From a virus: 64,000 nucleotides of DNA. Below are positions 49,850 to 59,756 of the stretch, piece after piece. The stretch is from the IMG/VR virus record IMGVR_UViG_3300030339_000025; one strand, given 5' to 3'. The notes beneath the pieces are model-generated. The model saw nothing but the letters and a program-made list of their open reading frames with translations. It did no database searches and was not told where the DNA came from. Each line of letters opens with the position of its first letter. The first letter of the stretch is position 1. The translations under genes and the position numbers were made by a program.

Positions 49850-50318
49850 TTATTCTGCAAATTTAAATCCACTTTTTTCTTTTAATAATCTTTCACGAAT
49901 TTTGTTTAATCTAGAAATAAATTCTCTTTTTGTTAAAACTGTTTCGCTTTCTTTTGACTTGCCTATTTCATGTGTTAAAACAGATTTGCCAGATGCAATA
50001 AGTGCTTTTTGAAATGACTTATTTTCTGATAGTGCATCAAATGCTCTATCCAATAGATCCTGATATTCTTGTGATGACCTATCATACACTATTCCAATAT
50101 AATTTTTGATCTGTGTACCATTTTTTAGGTTTACCACGAAATTTTGCTTTGAGCCCAACCAATTTACAGACTTCTTTCTGCATATCAAAGTTTTTAAATT
50201 TCAAGCTTTGTAAAAATCCTTCCATTGAATTAATCTCAACCCCATCAAAAATAAATGGATGTGGTGCAAAATTACTTAGAGCATTTGATGGGTACTCTTT
50301 CCCTGATCCTATATCCAT
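49850..50318 (-). pseudogene. NADAR (YbiA-like) domain gene interrupted by a frameshift
   Basis: ORF 50082..50318 matches NADAR N-half (YPSNALSNFAPHPFIFDGVEINSMEGFLQSLKF). ORF 49850..50188 matches the C-half (ALIASGKSVLTHEIG...LTKREFISRLNKIRERL). The two lie in different frames and overlap by ~100 nt. Confidence 0.5.
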
Positions 50319-50329
50319 TATTTTTTATA

Positions 50330-50653
50330 TTACCATGAGTAACTTACATATTCAATTTCATTATCTTCCCAAACTTTATATACCGCATTAATAAATGGCT
50401 CAAGCCAATCTTTACCATCTTCCTTAACCCATTCAATTTTACATTCAGCACTTTCGCCCAAATCAACAGACTGAATTGAATCATTGGTTAATTCTGAATT
50501 AAAATAGTTTAGCCATTCATGCCATAAATCTTTATAATCACCACCAATCACGTTATGATAATCTCTGAAAAGGTTTTCTTTAATGCCCATTTCTTTACAT
50601 ATCTCAGATTTAATATCTGACCAATCAAAAACTACTATTGTTTTATTTTTCAT
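50330..50653 (-). CDS. hypothetical protein
   Basis: 107-aa Trp-rich ORF. Confidence 0.3.
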   Translation of the reverse strand: MKNKTIVVFDWSDIKSEICKEMGIKENLFRDYHNVIGGDYKDLWHEWLNYFNSELTNDSIQSVDLGESAECKIEWVKEDGKDWLEPFINAVYKVWEDNEIEYVSYSW

Positions 50654-51108
50654 CTTTTAAATTTCTTGATATAAACTATTAATATTTTTATTTTATTGTC
50701 GTCCAATTTTTTATTATAAGATGGCATATTATTTTCACCATTTAATAATACATAATAAATATATTTATCATTGTGAGTTTCTTTTGTTAAATCAAATGGG
50801 CAAATAGTTGGATTTAATCTTGCTTTAACACCGTCACCTTTACCATCTTCACCATGACAAAATTTACAATTTGTTTTATATAAATTTTTATCTTTAAGTT
50901 CTTTAAGAGTCACAATTTGGCTCAAATAAATTTTATCAGGATTTGTATCATTTATTTCTACATGAGTAATTGGAAGCATTTCGTAAATACTATCCTTTAA
51001 TACTATTGTGCTTGATTTTTTAATATCTTGTTCCTGTTTCTTAAATATAGCAAACCAAGATATCCAAATGAAAAGAAAAAATAAAGAAAAGAAAACAACT
51101 TTTTTCAT
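50650..51108 (-). CDS. class I c-type cytochrome (c553/c6-like) with N-terminal membrane anchor/signal
   Basis: CKFCHG heme-binding CxxCH; downstream NNMPSY Met-ligand region and LDDNKIKILIVYI resembling c553 C-terminus; hydrophobic N-terminus. Confidence 0.65.
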   Translation of the reverse strand: MKKVVFFSLFFLFIWISWFAIFKKQEQDIKKSSTIVLKDSIYEMLPITHVEINDTNPDKIYLSQIVTLKELKDKNLYKTNCKFCHGEDGKGDGVKARLNPTICPFDLTKETHNDKYIYYVLLNGENNMPSYNKKLDDNKIKILIVYIKKFKR

Positions 51109-51125
51109 AATATGATTTTTTATTT

Positions 51126-51476
51126 TTAAGCTAAAACTTTTTTATTTGCTTTTGTTTTAATATCGTCTAAAATTTTTGCAATTTTTGTTAAGCATTTTTC
51201 AGAATTTTCAATAGTGAATTTTCTAATATTTACTTCTTTAATAGATTTTGTAACACATTCAACTTCCCCTTTATATGTTACACTCATAATGAAATATCTG
51301 CTATTTTCCATTATTCCATTAGACCAAGTGCTTGACTTATCAAGACTAAAAGTTAAAAAAATGGTTGCTTTATTTTCACCGCCTAATGTTGATACTTTAG
51401 TAGATGAATAAGGAAACCTCTTTTGAAGCTCTTTTTTGATACTTCCCTCTAACATTTTAATTTCTGTATAGTTCAT
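51126..51476 (-). CDS. hypothetical protein
   Basis: 116-aa ORF. Confidence 0.3.
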   Translation of the reverse strand: MNYTEIKMLEGSIKKELQKRFPYSSTKVSTLGGENKATIFLTFSLDKSSTWSNGIMENSRYFIMSVTYKGEVECVTKSIKEVNIRKFTIENSEKCLTKIAKILDDIKTKANKKVLA

Positions 51477-51539
51477 ATTATTCTTTTTAAGTGTACAACA
51501 AAGATACTATTTTTATACGAGACCAACAAATTTATTTTA

Positions 51540-51881
51540 TTAAATTTGTTCATTTAAATGATCAACTAATTGTTGCAATTTTTGTGCATCTTCTGGATTA
51601 AAAATAAATTCATCAAAGGCACCATAACGGCATTGATATCCTAAAATATATTTGATGCCATATTTAAGTCTATCTAAAAAAGAATGTTTATTAAGATGAA
51701 TATGTACATAACACATTGGATACTTTTTATCAAATATTAATTTACCAGATTCGTCTCTCATTTCATTTCCATTAGCATCCTTTTTAATTTCTTCTTCATA
51801 TTCATGTAATAGAATGAGTTGATGCTCTGTATTATGACATGAGCATATTAACAATTCAATTGGTAATTTTTTTTCTTTCAT
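51540..51881 (-). CDS. hypothetical protein
   Basis: 113-aa ORF. Confidence 0.3.
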   Translation of the reverse strand: MKEKKLPIELLICSCHNTEHQLILLHEYEEEIKKDANGNEMRDESGKLIFDKKYPMCYVHIHLNKHSFLDRLKYGIKYILGYQCRYGAFDEFIFNPEDAQKLQQLVDHLNEQI

Positions 51882-51899
51882 AATAATTATAATTATTTT

Positions 51900-52796
51900 T
51901 TATTCATTTTCGTAATTTAAAAAATCTTTAATATTTTTCCATTCTTTATAAAAAATCCAAGGATTACTTGGTATTTCATTTGGTTTATCATTTTTACAAA
52001 ATTTTACCCAATCTCTATATGTTTTTAAGTTTTTATCTTTTAAATATAATTTTGATTGATCGTATGTGAAATAATTAACTTTATTATTTTTTCTTTTTCT
52101 ATTTTTATCATAACCTAGCCAATCTTGCCAATTTATCCATCCTATATTTTTATATTCAATATTTGGTGCTGAAGGTATGTTATTTGGTTTTTCGCCTGAA
52201 TTACAATATATAGTCCATTCCAAATTACTACCTAAATTTAATTTTTTTACAAAATTTTTAGCATCTTCATATTGTAAAAATATTTTATTCTTATTTGAAA
52301 CAATTTCCGTACCTAACCAATCTGACCAACTAACCCATCCGCTATATTTATAATATTCATCTGGTCTTTTTGGTAATTCATTCGGCATTTTTTTATATTT
52401 TGATAATAATCTCCAATTTAATGTTGTTTTTATATTTAAACTTCTTGAAATAATCTTTGCTTCATCATATGTTAATTTATATAAAATCATTTGTGGACTA
52501 CGCCCACCAATCAATAAATTAGTTAATCTATGACCATTTTCTTTATAAAAATTAATCCAATATATTTCCCTTTCTTCCCAATTATATATGGTGCATTCTT
52601 CAATAATTTCAAAAACAATTTCTATATTTTGTTCTTGTGACAAACGAATCCAATTAAGTTTATGATATGAAAATAATCTTATTTTTTCTTTTAAATGTTC
52701 TTTTAATCTATTCAAAGGACGACAAGTTTTACCAATATATCTAAATTCATCTGAGCCTAAATTTTTTAATCCATATATAAATATTTTTCTATCCAT
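51900..52796 (-). CDS. GIY-YIG endonuclease with three C-terminal P..IP..P..Y..GW..W.DWLG repeats
   Basis: N-terminal KIFIYGL...RYIGKT GIY-YIG; three ~35-aa repeats. Confidence 0.55.
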   Translation of the reverse strand: MDRKIFIYGLKNLGSDEFRYIGKTCRPLNRLKEHLKEKIRLFSYHKLNWIRLSQEQNIEIVFEIIEECTIYNWEEREIYWINFYKENGHRLTNLLIGGRSPQMILYKLTYDEAKIISRSLNIKTTLNWRLLSKYKKMPNELPKRPDEYYKYSGWVSWSDWLGTEIVSNKNKIFLQYEDAKNFVKKLNLGSNLEWTIYCNSGEKPNNIPSAPNIEYKNIGWINWQDWLGYDKNRKRKNNKVNYFTYDQSKLYLKDKNLKTYRDWVKFCKNDKPNEIPSNPWIFYKEWKNIKDFLNYENE

Positions 52797-52956
52797 AATA
52801 TTTTTATATATAAATTTTGTAATTATTCATTCATTCGTCAGTTTTTTTCTTATCATCAGTTTTTCTTTGACTTAACAACCAAGCAAGCAAACTTTCAAAA
52901 GTTTCTTTTTCAAGAGCATTATCTAATAATATTTCGAGTTCTTTCAAATCTAACAT

Positions 52957-53268
52957 TTATTTTTCATATTTTTCTTTTATTTTTATTAATTTTTCAAGTC
53001 TTCTATATTTTTTATTTTCTACTACCATTTTTCTTTTAGTATCATATATTAAATTTGTTTTTGTTATTCCTGGATTTTTTGTGCCAGTACAACTTATAAT
53101 AAATCTACCATCATCATAAAGTTCTGGTATTCCATCATTAATTTTACATAAATTATATGTAGTACCATCATCATCATAACTGACAATTATATATAGACCA
53201 TTAGCCCAACTAAAACTTTTTAATTCAAATATAATATTTATAATTTCCATTATTCTAATTCCTTCCAT
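52957..53268 (-). CDS. hypothetical protein
   Basis: 103-aa ORF. Confidence 0.3.
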   Translation of the reverse strand: MEGIRIMEIINIIFELKSFSWANGLYIIVSYDDDGTTYNLCKINDGIPELYDDGRFIISCTGTKNPGITKTNLIYDTKRKMVVENKKYRRLEKLIKIKEKYEK

Positions 53269-53924
53269 CTATCAGGATAAAGTTCAGTTAATTTATTTAA
53301 CCACCATCCTGTTTTTATTTTTGCTTTAGGCATTCTTTGACCCTTCATTAAAGTTGAACGTTTACAAACGACACCTTCTTTAACATTAGGATATAAACAA
53401 TTTGGCTTAGTCCAGTCATTATTTACAATAGAATTGATGAAATCTTTTGTTAGTTTGCCACTATATATGAGTTCTGGCACTTCAATATTACTGTATCCAT
53501 CAAAGAGTTTATAAAATATTTTTGGTTCAATGTAACCTTTCTTTTTAAGAAATATATCAATCAAGCACAATTTTAATTCTTCACCAGGAATATGAAATCC
53601 ACTAAAAGTATTTTCACCGTACCATTCACAAAATATTGTAATTTCTTCAATGCCAGTAAATACTCCACCTTTTTTTGAATTATCTATTATAATTTTTTTG
53701 ATTGTTGCTGTCATATTTAGTTTGAAATATTGCACTGCTTTACCAAACTGCTCACTTGTTTCATCCACATTTTGTGTTTTAGAACCAAACATTGTGAATT
53801 CTTTTTGCTTTGGTGAATATTTAGCGCAAAAATTCTGACCATCAATTTTATTTGATGCCCAGATTTCTTCGCCTAACAAAAGTTGGTCATATTTTATATT
53901 TTCGAAACTATCGTAATGTTTCAT
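53250..53924 (-). CDS. Rnl2-family RNA ligase (nucleotidyltransferase domain)
   Basis: SFEN...EEIWASNKIDGQNF aligns with T4 Rnl2 SLEN...GEWVAREKIHGTNF (motif I KxDGxN); downstream EWYGE, EGVVCK, K-x-K motifs. Confidence 0.65.
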   Translation of the reverse strand: MKHYDSFENIKYDQLLLGEEIWASNKIDGQNFCAKYSPKQKEFTMFGSKTQNVDETSEQFGKAVQYFKLNMTATIKKIIIDNSKKGGVFTGIEEITIFCEWYGENTFSGFHIPGEELKLCLIDIFLKKKGYIEPKIFYKLFDGYSNIEVPELIYSGKLTKDFINSIVNNDWTKPNCLYPNVKEGVVCKRSTLMKGQRMPKAKIKTGWWLNKLTELYPDRWKELE

Positions 53925-53941
53925 ATTAAAATTTTAATAAT

Positions 53942-54301
53942 TTAATCATCATAATCCATATATAAGTTTTCACTTATTAAAATTGAATCTTCATCATTTT
54001 CGGATGATAGTAAACCAAATTTAATTTGGTTATTTTTTTTAGCAATTTCCCAGGCTTCTTGTCTACCAACAAATCTATCTAATGAAGTTATAAAGCCTTG
54101 ATGCTTTCTATATTCATCATCAGACATATTGATGCTTTTGAAATATTCATTTGAATCACCTTTTAAATCTGTAATAGTTTGATAACAATTATTATGCCTT
54201 CTACCACAAATAACAAATCCAATTTCAATATTAATTGGCTGTTGTTTATGCTTAATTTGGTCATTTACCCAAATAGCTGCACATAGTATATGTTCGTTCA
54301 T
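53942..54301 (-). CDS. hypothetical protein
   Basis: 119-aa ORF. Confidence 0.3.
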   Translation of the reverse strand: MNEHILCAAIWVNDQIKHKQQPINIEIGFVICGRRHNNCYQTITDLKGDSNEYFKSINMSDDEYRKHQGFITSLDRFVGRQEAWEIAKKNNQIKFGLLSSENDEDSILISENLYMDYDD

Positions 54302-54316
54302 TTTTGAGTTGTTTTA

Positions 54317-54565
54317 TTAAAAATCAGACTTTTTAAGAACTAAATAATTCTTTTTAGGAACCATATTTATAATCTTTTCGACATCATTGATATCACCAGG
54401 ACAATAGAAAAAAAAGCAATTATATAATTGCATTTCAAGTTGTAGCAATTTTTCAAAATCGCCATTAACTAAATTAAAAAGAAATTGCTCTTGATTCTTG
54501 CTTCTATTTACTTTAGACGTGAGTAAATTTAATCTTTCTTTATCAAGTTCGTATTTAAGTTCCAT
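54317..54565 (-). CDS. hypothetical protein
   Basis: 82-aa ORF. Confidence 0.25.
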   Translation of the reverse strand: MELKYELDKERLNLLTSKVNRSKNQEQFLFNLVNGDFEKLLQLEMQLYNCFFFYCPGDINDVEKIINMVPKKNYLVLKKSDF

Positions 54566-54692
54566 AATTATAAAAAATTAAAATTCATTTAATGATGAGA
54601 CAAAAGTACAAAAAAATTTAATATAAACAAATAATAAATTTGAAATAATTTGAATTATAAAATATTTTTATTATTTTTGTTAAAAATGAAAA

Positions 54693-54971
54693 ATGAAAAT
54701 AAAACTTAAAAATTTATATCTTGCTCTTAAAGAACAATTACCATTAAATAGAGCTTTTAAGAACTTCTTTATTACAGGTAACGCTATGGGACTATTTAGT
54801 ATTAGAAGTCACCAGAGAGAAGATGGTAAGTTAAAGGTGATGTATAATACTAAGGAGACTGCAAATAAAGCTGCAGAAAGTATGGCTAAAAAAATGAATA
54901 AACATTTCTCAGTATATAAATGCATATATTGTGATGGATATCATCTTGGTAAGAATAGAGAAAATAAATAA
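54693..54971 (+). CDS. hypothetical small basic protein
   Basis: 92-aa ORF; TAttTTTG-like motif upstream. Confidence 0.3.
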   Translation: MKIKLKNLYLALKEQLPLNRAFKNFFITGNAMGLFSIRSHQREDGKLKVMYNTKETANKAAESMAKKMNKHFSVYKCIYCDGYHLGKNRENK

Positions 54972-55241
54972 AAAAACCTCAACTTGAGGTTTTTTTATTC
55001 TATGAAAATAATATAAATTGTTACTCAATATCCCAGCCATCTTCCATTTTATTGGGTGATCTTCTTCAGTTGGTAGTTCTGGCTCATCTAATGGCGGATG
55101 ATAAGCATTGACATTAACATATCTATGATTACAAGAACATCCACGATGCACACAGTCATCACAAAAATAAGGAGACCCATCAGAAAATCCAGGAAGATAA
55201 CACCAAGATGCAACTTTCCCGCAATCACATAATTCTTTCAT
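54909..55241 (-). CDS. Cys-rich small protein (3' end probably over-extended through terminator)
   Basis: N-terminal CDC...C..C...CDDC..H..CSC cluster; hydrophobic tail overlies terminator hairpin. Confidence 0.3.
   Translation of the reverse strand: MKELCDCGKVASWCYLPGFSDGSPYFCDDCVHRGCSCNHRYVNVNAYHPPLDEPELPTEEDHPIKWKMAGILSNNLYYFHRIKKPQVEVFLFIFSILTKMISITIYAFIY
54972..54998. terminator. rho-independent terminator
   Basis: aacctc-aactt-gaggtt followed by T9. Confidence 0.7.
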
Positions 55242-55459
55242 AATTCTTTCAATTTATTTTTCCTTATAATTTTCAGTTTTTCTTCATTAAAAGGTACGTC
55301 CTTATACTCTAAAACCCTTTTACCGAAAAAGAAATAAGCATAAGTTGTTATTTTAAATTTGTCAGCATGTTCAATATTTTCAACGTCATTTTCATGAGTA
55401 AAATATAATCCAGTTTCTTTATGTTTTAACACAAATGGGCCAACTTTATTACTTTTCAT
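55238..55459 (-). CDS. hypothetical protein
   Basis: 73-aa ORF. Confidence 0.25.
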   Translation of the reverse strand: MKSNKVGPFVLKHKETGLYFTHENDVENIEHADKFKITTYAYFFFGKRVLEYKDVPFNEEKLKIIRKNKLKEL

Positions 55460-56067
55460 TTTTTAATTTCTTCACTTAATTTTAAGAATAAATTATAATA
55501 ATCATATGGATTGAAATAATTAAAATTATTCATTATTTCGCTTTTTGTTTCATTCATACTAGAATAATCAACAATTGTTTTATTTTTTTTGATCTGAATA
55601 CCAAAATCTAAAATTCTTAGCGCATGAAAAACATTTTTAGCACAAGATTCCATATTTTCATCTTTATATGCTAAATTTGCAAAATGCCAACTAGCTGATG
55701 CTTTTTGTATAATTTTTTTTGATAGTTCTTTATCATTATATTTTGTGATTCCAAAATTCATTTTCTTTTGAATAATCTTATCTTCTGGTAAGAAAATGCA
55801 TTCTAATGCGCCAATTTCATAGTTGTTTATTGCATCAATAAACCCTGATCTTGAGTAACAAACACCTTGAATTTCTCTATCATCTGATGATATAGCATTA
55901 TCTCTAAATGCACCGCTTGGAAGCAACGAAGATTTAAAAATAATAATATAATCACTATCAGAAAATTCATCTGCGGTACCATATATTTTTGATCCATATG
56001 GATAAATGTTCAATACTTTAGAATAATCTAATCCTAATTCATTACAAATGTGTTCTGCGTTATTCAT
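55456..56067 (-). CDS. minimal nucleotidyltransferase (Pol-beta superfamily) domain protein
   Basis: YGSKIYGTADEFSDSDYIIIF fits hG[GS]-x9-13-DhD. Confidence 0.4.
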   Translation of the reverse strand: MNNAEHICNELGLDYSKVLNIYPYGSKIYGTADEFSDSDYIIIFKSSLLPSGAFRDNAISSDDREIQGVCYSRSGFIDAINNYEIGALECIFLPEDKIIQKKMNFGITKYNDKELSKKIIQKASASWHFANLAYKDENMESCAKNVFHALRILDFGIQIKKNKTIVDYSSMNETKSEIMNNFNYFNPYDYYNLFLKLSEEIKK

Positions 56068-56175
56068 TTTTATTTATTATTATCACGATATTTTGCATCA
56101 TTATCAATGTTGATGATAATGATGCAAAATACACATTATATAGTATAACTATATAATGTGTGTCCATATTCAACT

Positions 56176-56430
56176 TTAATATTTTTTATATTCTTTAAAA
56201 AATGCATCAACATTAATATTTTTACCTTCAGTATATTCATCTTTTTCAGACTTCATAAATTTTTTTAATTCTCTCTTTATTGTACCTTCAGTTTCAAGAA
56301 TAATGCCATTTGAAGTTAAATAATCTTTAAATTCTGTTTGACAATCATTACACACATAACCAATACCGTCAATATATGTATCACACATTATATTTTCGCA
56401 ACATTTTCTATGACAACTCATTACACCCAT
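56176..56430 (-). CDS. Cys-rich small protein
   Basis: CHRKCC...C...C..C pattern. Confidence 0.3.
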   Translation of the reverse strand: MGVMSCHRKCCENIMCDTYIDGIGYVCNDCQTEFKDYLTSNGIILETEGTIKRELKKFMKSEKDEYTEGKNINVDAFFKEYKKY

Positions 56431-56713
56431 ATTCTTGTATTTTTTTTAATTTTTCTTTTCTAAGGATTTTATTTTCTATTTCTTTTATATTCATATCTTT
56501 AAGATTATTTTTTTTATAAAGTTGAAGTAGATCATAAATTCTATTTATAATATCTTTTTTTGTTAATAATTCTTCTCTATTGAATCTACCTTTATTGATA
56601 ATAATGCTTGTATCATTTATTTTAATTATAAAATCATAATCTTTACAGGTAAAAAGTAATCCAGTAGAAATATTAAGACCGTTATCTTTTAAATAATCAT
56701 CACAAGTTTTCAT
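56408..56713 (-). CDS. hypothetical protein with RKEKLKKI tail
   Basis: C-terminal ILRKEKLKKIQEYG. Confidence 0.3.
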   Translation of the reverse strand: MKTCDDYLKDNGLNISTGLLFTCKDYDFIIKINDTSIIINKGRFNREELLTKKDIINRIYDLLQLYKKNNLKDMNIKEIENKILRKEKLKKIQEYGCNELS

Positions 56714-57098
56714 TAATTTTTTTTAATTTTTCTTTTCTTAATAATTGATTTTTTAATTCTGAAAAAGAATTTTGAATTTCCATTTGCATACTGTGCTTTG
56801 GTAAAGAAATATATTGACAATTATTTGTTAATATTGCTTTCCAAATTGCACCTATTTTAATAGTTTTTACATTATTTTCTCTGGATACAAATTTATCATT
56901 TAGTCTATAATGTCGCTCATGAGTTTCAAAATTTCCACTTTCAAATTCAATTATATCCATTTCAATTAAAGTCTTAATCAATTCACGATCAATAATTTCA
57001 TAAGGTTTTGAATTATATTTATTTAAACAACATTCTACCAAACCGTCAATTGTTGTAATTTCAGCACCACATATTATTTTTTTCAGAATGTTTTTCAT
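56700..57098 (-). CDS. hypothetical protein with RKEKLKKI tail
   Basis: C-terminal QLLRKEKLKKINENL. Confidence 0.3.
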   Translation of the reverse strand: MKNILKKIICGAEITTIDGLVECCLNKYNSKPYEIIDRELIKTLIEMDIIEFESGNFETHERHYRLNDKFVSRENNVKTIKIGAIWKAILTNNCQYISLPKHSMQMEIQNSFSELKNQLLRKEKLKKINENL

Positions 57099-57337
57099 TT
57101 AACTAGAGTTAGCCATTCTTTACATTTTACAACAGTCTTTTTTTTATCATTAAATTTTACTTTTGAACCGTCCCAAATACCTTGTATTTTTATTTTAATA
57201 TTTTTCTTTGTGACTATATCAGTACATGCATAGCAATATTCAACCAAGTCTCCAGGCTTAATTTCATCTCTTATTTCATTAATCAAATTTCCATAAGAGT
57301 CATATTTTGAATTATACCATTTAGTTGTATTGTCCAT
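57095..57337 (-). CDS. hypothetical protein
   Basis: 80-aa ORF. Confidence 0.25.
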   Translation of the reverse strand: MDNTTKWYNSKYDSYGNLINEIRDEIKPGDLVEYCYACTDIVTKKNIKIKIQGIWDGSKVKFNDKKKTVVKCKEWLTLVK

Positions 57338-57341
57338 GATT

Positions 57342-57629
57342 TTACAATTTTTCGTTATGTATTTTATCTAGCATTTTAATAGCATCATTAATATTATCAG
57401 ATTGATATAAAATATTTGGTTTATATAATTTATCTTTTATATCATCACCAATTATTAATTTATCATTAAAGTAATATCTAATTACAAAAGTATTTATATA
57501 ATCAACTTCAGTATCTATAACTTTATGTAATTCAATATACTTAAAGTTGTTACAATTTTTAACTATATTTTTAACTATGATGTAATCATCAACTTCATCA
57601 ATAACAGTTTGTTCAAACTTGCGTTTCAT
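57342..57629 (-). CDS. hypothetical protein
   Basis: 95-aa ORF. Confidence 0.25.
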   Translation of the reverse strand: MKRKFEQTVIDEVDDYIIVKNIVKNCNNFKYIELHKVIDTEVDYINTFVIRYYFNDKLIIGDDIKDKLYKPNILYQSDNINDAIKMLDKIHNEKL

Positions 57630-57960
57630 ATAAAAATACTCACATCAAATAAATTAAATAGAATAATCAATATATTCGCCAGTCGAACCCATTTTAAATG
57701 TTCCAATAACTAAATAACTACCATTTTCATCCAAAATTACTAATTTATCACCAATACGTCTCATAATAATTGTTTTTAAGTTTAACAAATACAAAGATAG
57801 AAATATATTTTTGAACAAACAAATATTTTTAAATCTTTTAATTTTTATTTTGCACCAAATATTAAAGCTAATACTATTGCACAGAAAGAATTTTAAAATT
57901 AAAAATATTAGGAATATAGTTACCGATAAACTTGTTCCTTGTTTTGTTTTTGTGCTCATT

Positions 57961-58605
57961 TTATTTATTTATTTTTTTATTATTTAAAAATCTAAAACGG
58001 GATTCTCTCATTTTTATTTTTGTTTCAGAAGAAAGTGATTTTCCTTTATTACAAGAAACTTTACCCATATGTGATATTGATAATTTTATTTTAGTTTCTT
58101 CTGATATTATTTTTCCTTTATTACTATTTCCTATTTTTCGTTTTGTTTCTTCTGAAAATTGTCTTCCTTTATTTCCTTCACTAATTTGTTTTTTATGTTC
58201 TTCTGATAATTTTTTTCCTCTTTTACTGTTTCTCATTTTTTCTATAGATTCTAATGACATTTTTCCACCTGTTCCACCATTAGTGCCATTTGTTAAATCA
58301 GAACCTATTTCTTTATAAAACTTGATCCATTTTATTTCTGCATTATTCAATTGTTCTAAATTATTACATTCTTCTAAAACCAAGACCTTTGCTCTAAAAT
58401 TATTTTTTAGCAAAGATAATATCCACATGTTTTTATGTGTTTTATTTTTTAATTCAGAGTTTTTGTAATGTTTTTTAATTCTGTCATATAGATTAACTGT
58501 TTTGCCTATATATCTTATTTGTTCAGTTATTGGATCACATAAACAATATATTACATTATTATTAGGTAATCCAATAATATCATCTATATATTTTTTATTA
58601 TTCAC
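57961..58605 (-). CDS. GIY-YIG homing endonuclease with NUMOD3 repeats
   Basis: VIYCL...IRYIGKT; repeated EEHKKQISEGNKGRQFSEETKRKIGNSNKGK. Confidence 0.65.
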   Translation of the reverse strand: MNNKKYIDDIIGLPNNNVIYCLCDPITEQIRYIGKTVNLYDRIKKHYKNSELKNKTHKNMWILSLLKNNFRAKVLVLEECNNLEQLNNAEIKWIKFYKEIGSDLTNGTNGGTGGKMSLESIEKMRNSKRGKKLSEEHKKQISEGNKGRQFSEETKRKIGNSNKGKIISEETKIKLSISHMGKVSCNKGKSLSSETKIKMRESRFRFLNNKKINK

Positions 58606-59332
58606 TAAAACTTATTATTTTTGGTATAAGTTTGTTATCTTTTTCAATAAGATCAATTATAATTGGTTTATATATTGGTTTATATTTTTCTGTACAAATA
58701 GAAGCATTAATAAATGTTGTGCCATTTTTTTCGATAACATTATGACCAGAATGAATATGGCCAAATATATGAAGTACTGGCTTAATTCTATTGACATGAT
58801 CAAGTAAACTTTCACAACCTAACGAGGCTTTTTGTCCAATCACGTTATCTAACACGCCAAATGGCGGACCATGAGTTATTAAAATCTGTACGTCTTCTGG
58901 AATTTTTTCCCAATAAATTTGAATTTTATCCCTATCAACATTGAAAGCCCAATCAAAAAATCTTGGTTGCCAAGGTGATCCATAAAATTTAATTGGTTGT
59001 GAAAATTCTGATGTTTTAATTATAAATTCTGAATCTTCCAAATAAGTACAATTGCATTGAGAAAGATTTTCTTCGTTAATATATTGATATAGCCAATTTG
59101 GTTTTGATTCGAATGAAATATCGTGGTTTCCAGCAATGAAAATTTTATTAGAAAAACCTTGTAAATTTTTGAACCAGTATATAAATTCTCTAACGTCGTG
59201 TTCTTTTCCGATATTTGTAAAATCACCAGAGTGTATTAAAATATTATCTTGATTTGGATCAAGTAAACTATTTACATTGTATATCATTTCCATATGCAAT
59301 GAATGTGTGTCAGATATACAAATAAGTCTCAT
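58598..59332 (-). CDS. calcineurin-like metallophosphoesterase
   Basis: ICISDTHS, HSGDF, IAGNHD, ITHGPP, GHIHSGH motifs. Confidence 0.65.
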   Translation of the reverse strand: MRLICISDTHSLHMEMIYNVNSLLDPNQDNILIHSGDFTNIGKEHDVREFIYWFKNLQGFSNKIFIAGNHDISFESKPNWLYQYINEENLSQCNCTYLEDSEFIIKTSEFSQPIKFYGSPWQPRFFDWAFNVDRDKIQIYWEKIPEDVQILITHGPPFGVLDNVIGQKASLGCESLLDHVNRIKPVLHIFGHIHSGHNVIEKNGTTFINASICTEKYKPIYKPIIIDLIEKDNKLIPKIISFSE

Positions 59333-59418
59333 AATATTTTTTTATTAAAAATGATTTTTTATATTATATATATATATAAAATCATCAAGTTGATAATTTT
59401 AACGAATTGTTTTTTATT

Positions 59419-59607
59419 TTATAAATTAAAATTTCGATGAATAATATATGATAAACAGGATATGATAAATCCAAATCCACCACAAAGTATAACAAGTGTA
59501 CACCAAATATATTTTAATATATTATTATCATAATTCATAAAAGAATTATAAATAATAGCACCTAATATACCTAATTTAAACCAAATTAACCAACATAATA
59601 TTATCAT
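59419..59607 (-). CDS. small membrane protein
   Basis: two hydrophobic segments. Confidence 0.25.
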   Translation of the reverse strand: MIILCWLIWFKLGILGAIIYNSFMNYDNNILKYIWCTLVILCGGFGFIISCLSYIIHRNFNL

Positions 59608-59756
59608 TTTATATATTTATTTTTACAACAAAAAATGTAATCAATTAAGAGTGTAGGTATATTTCAGTGCGCGGTACCTAAATTCACGTTGTTATACTGA
59701 ATTACAAGGCTGTGATGCCTTTTGACAACATTCTTAAATTGATTACATTTTAGAAC

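Noticed and set aside
54909-55241. Treating the full 110-aa minus ORF as genuine
   Set aside because: The C-terminal third runs through a strong terminator hairpin and the convergent gene's 3' end. The Cys-rich N-terminal part is probably the real product and the ORF is extended by chance before a stop.
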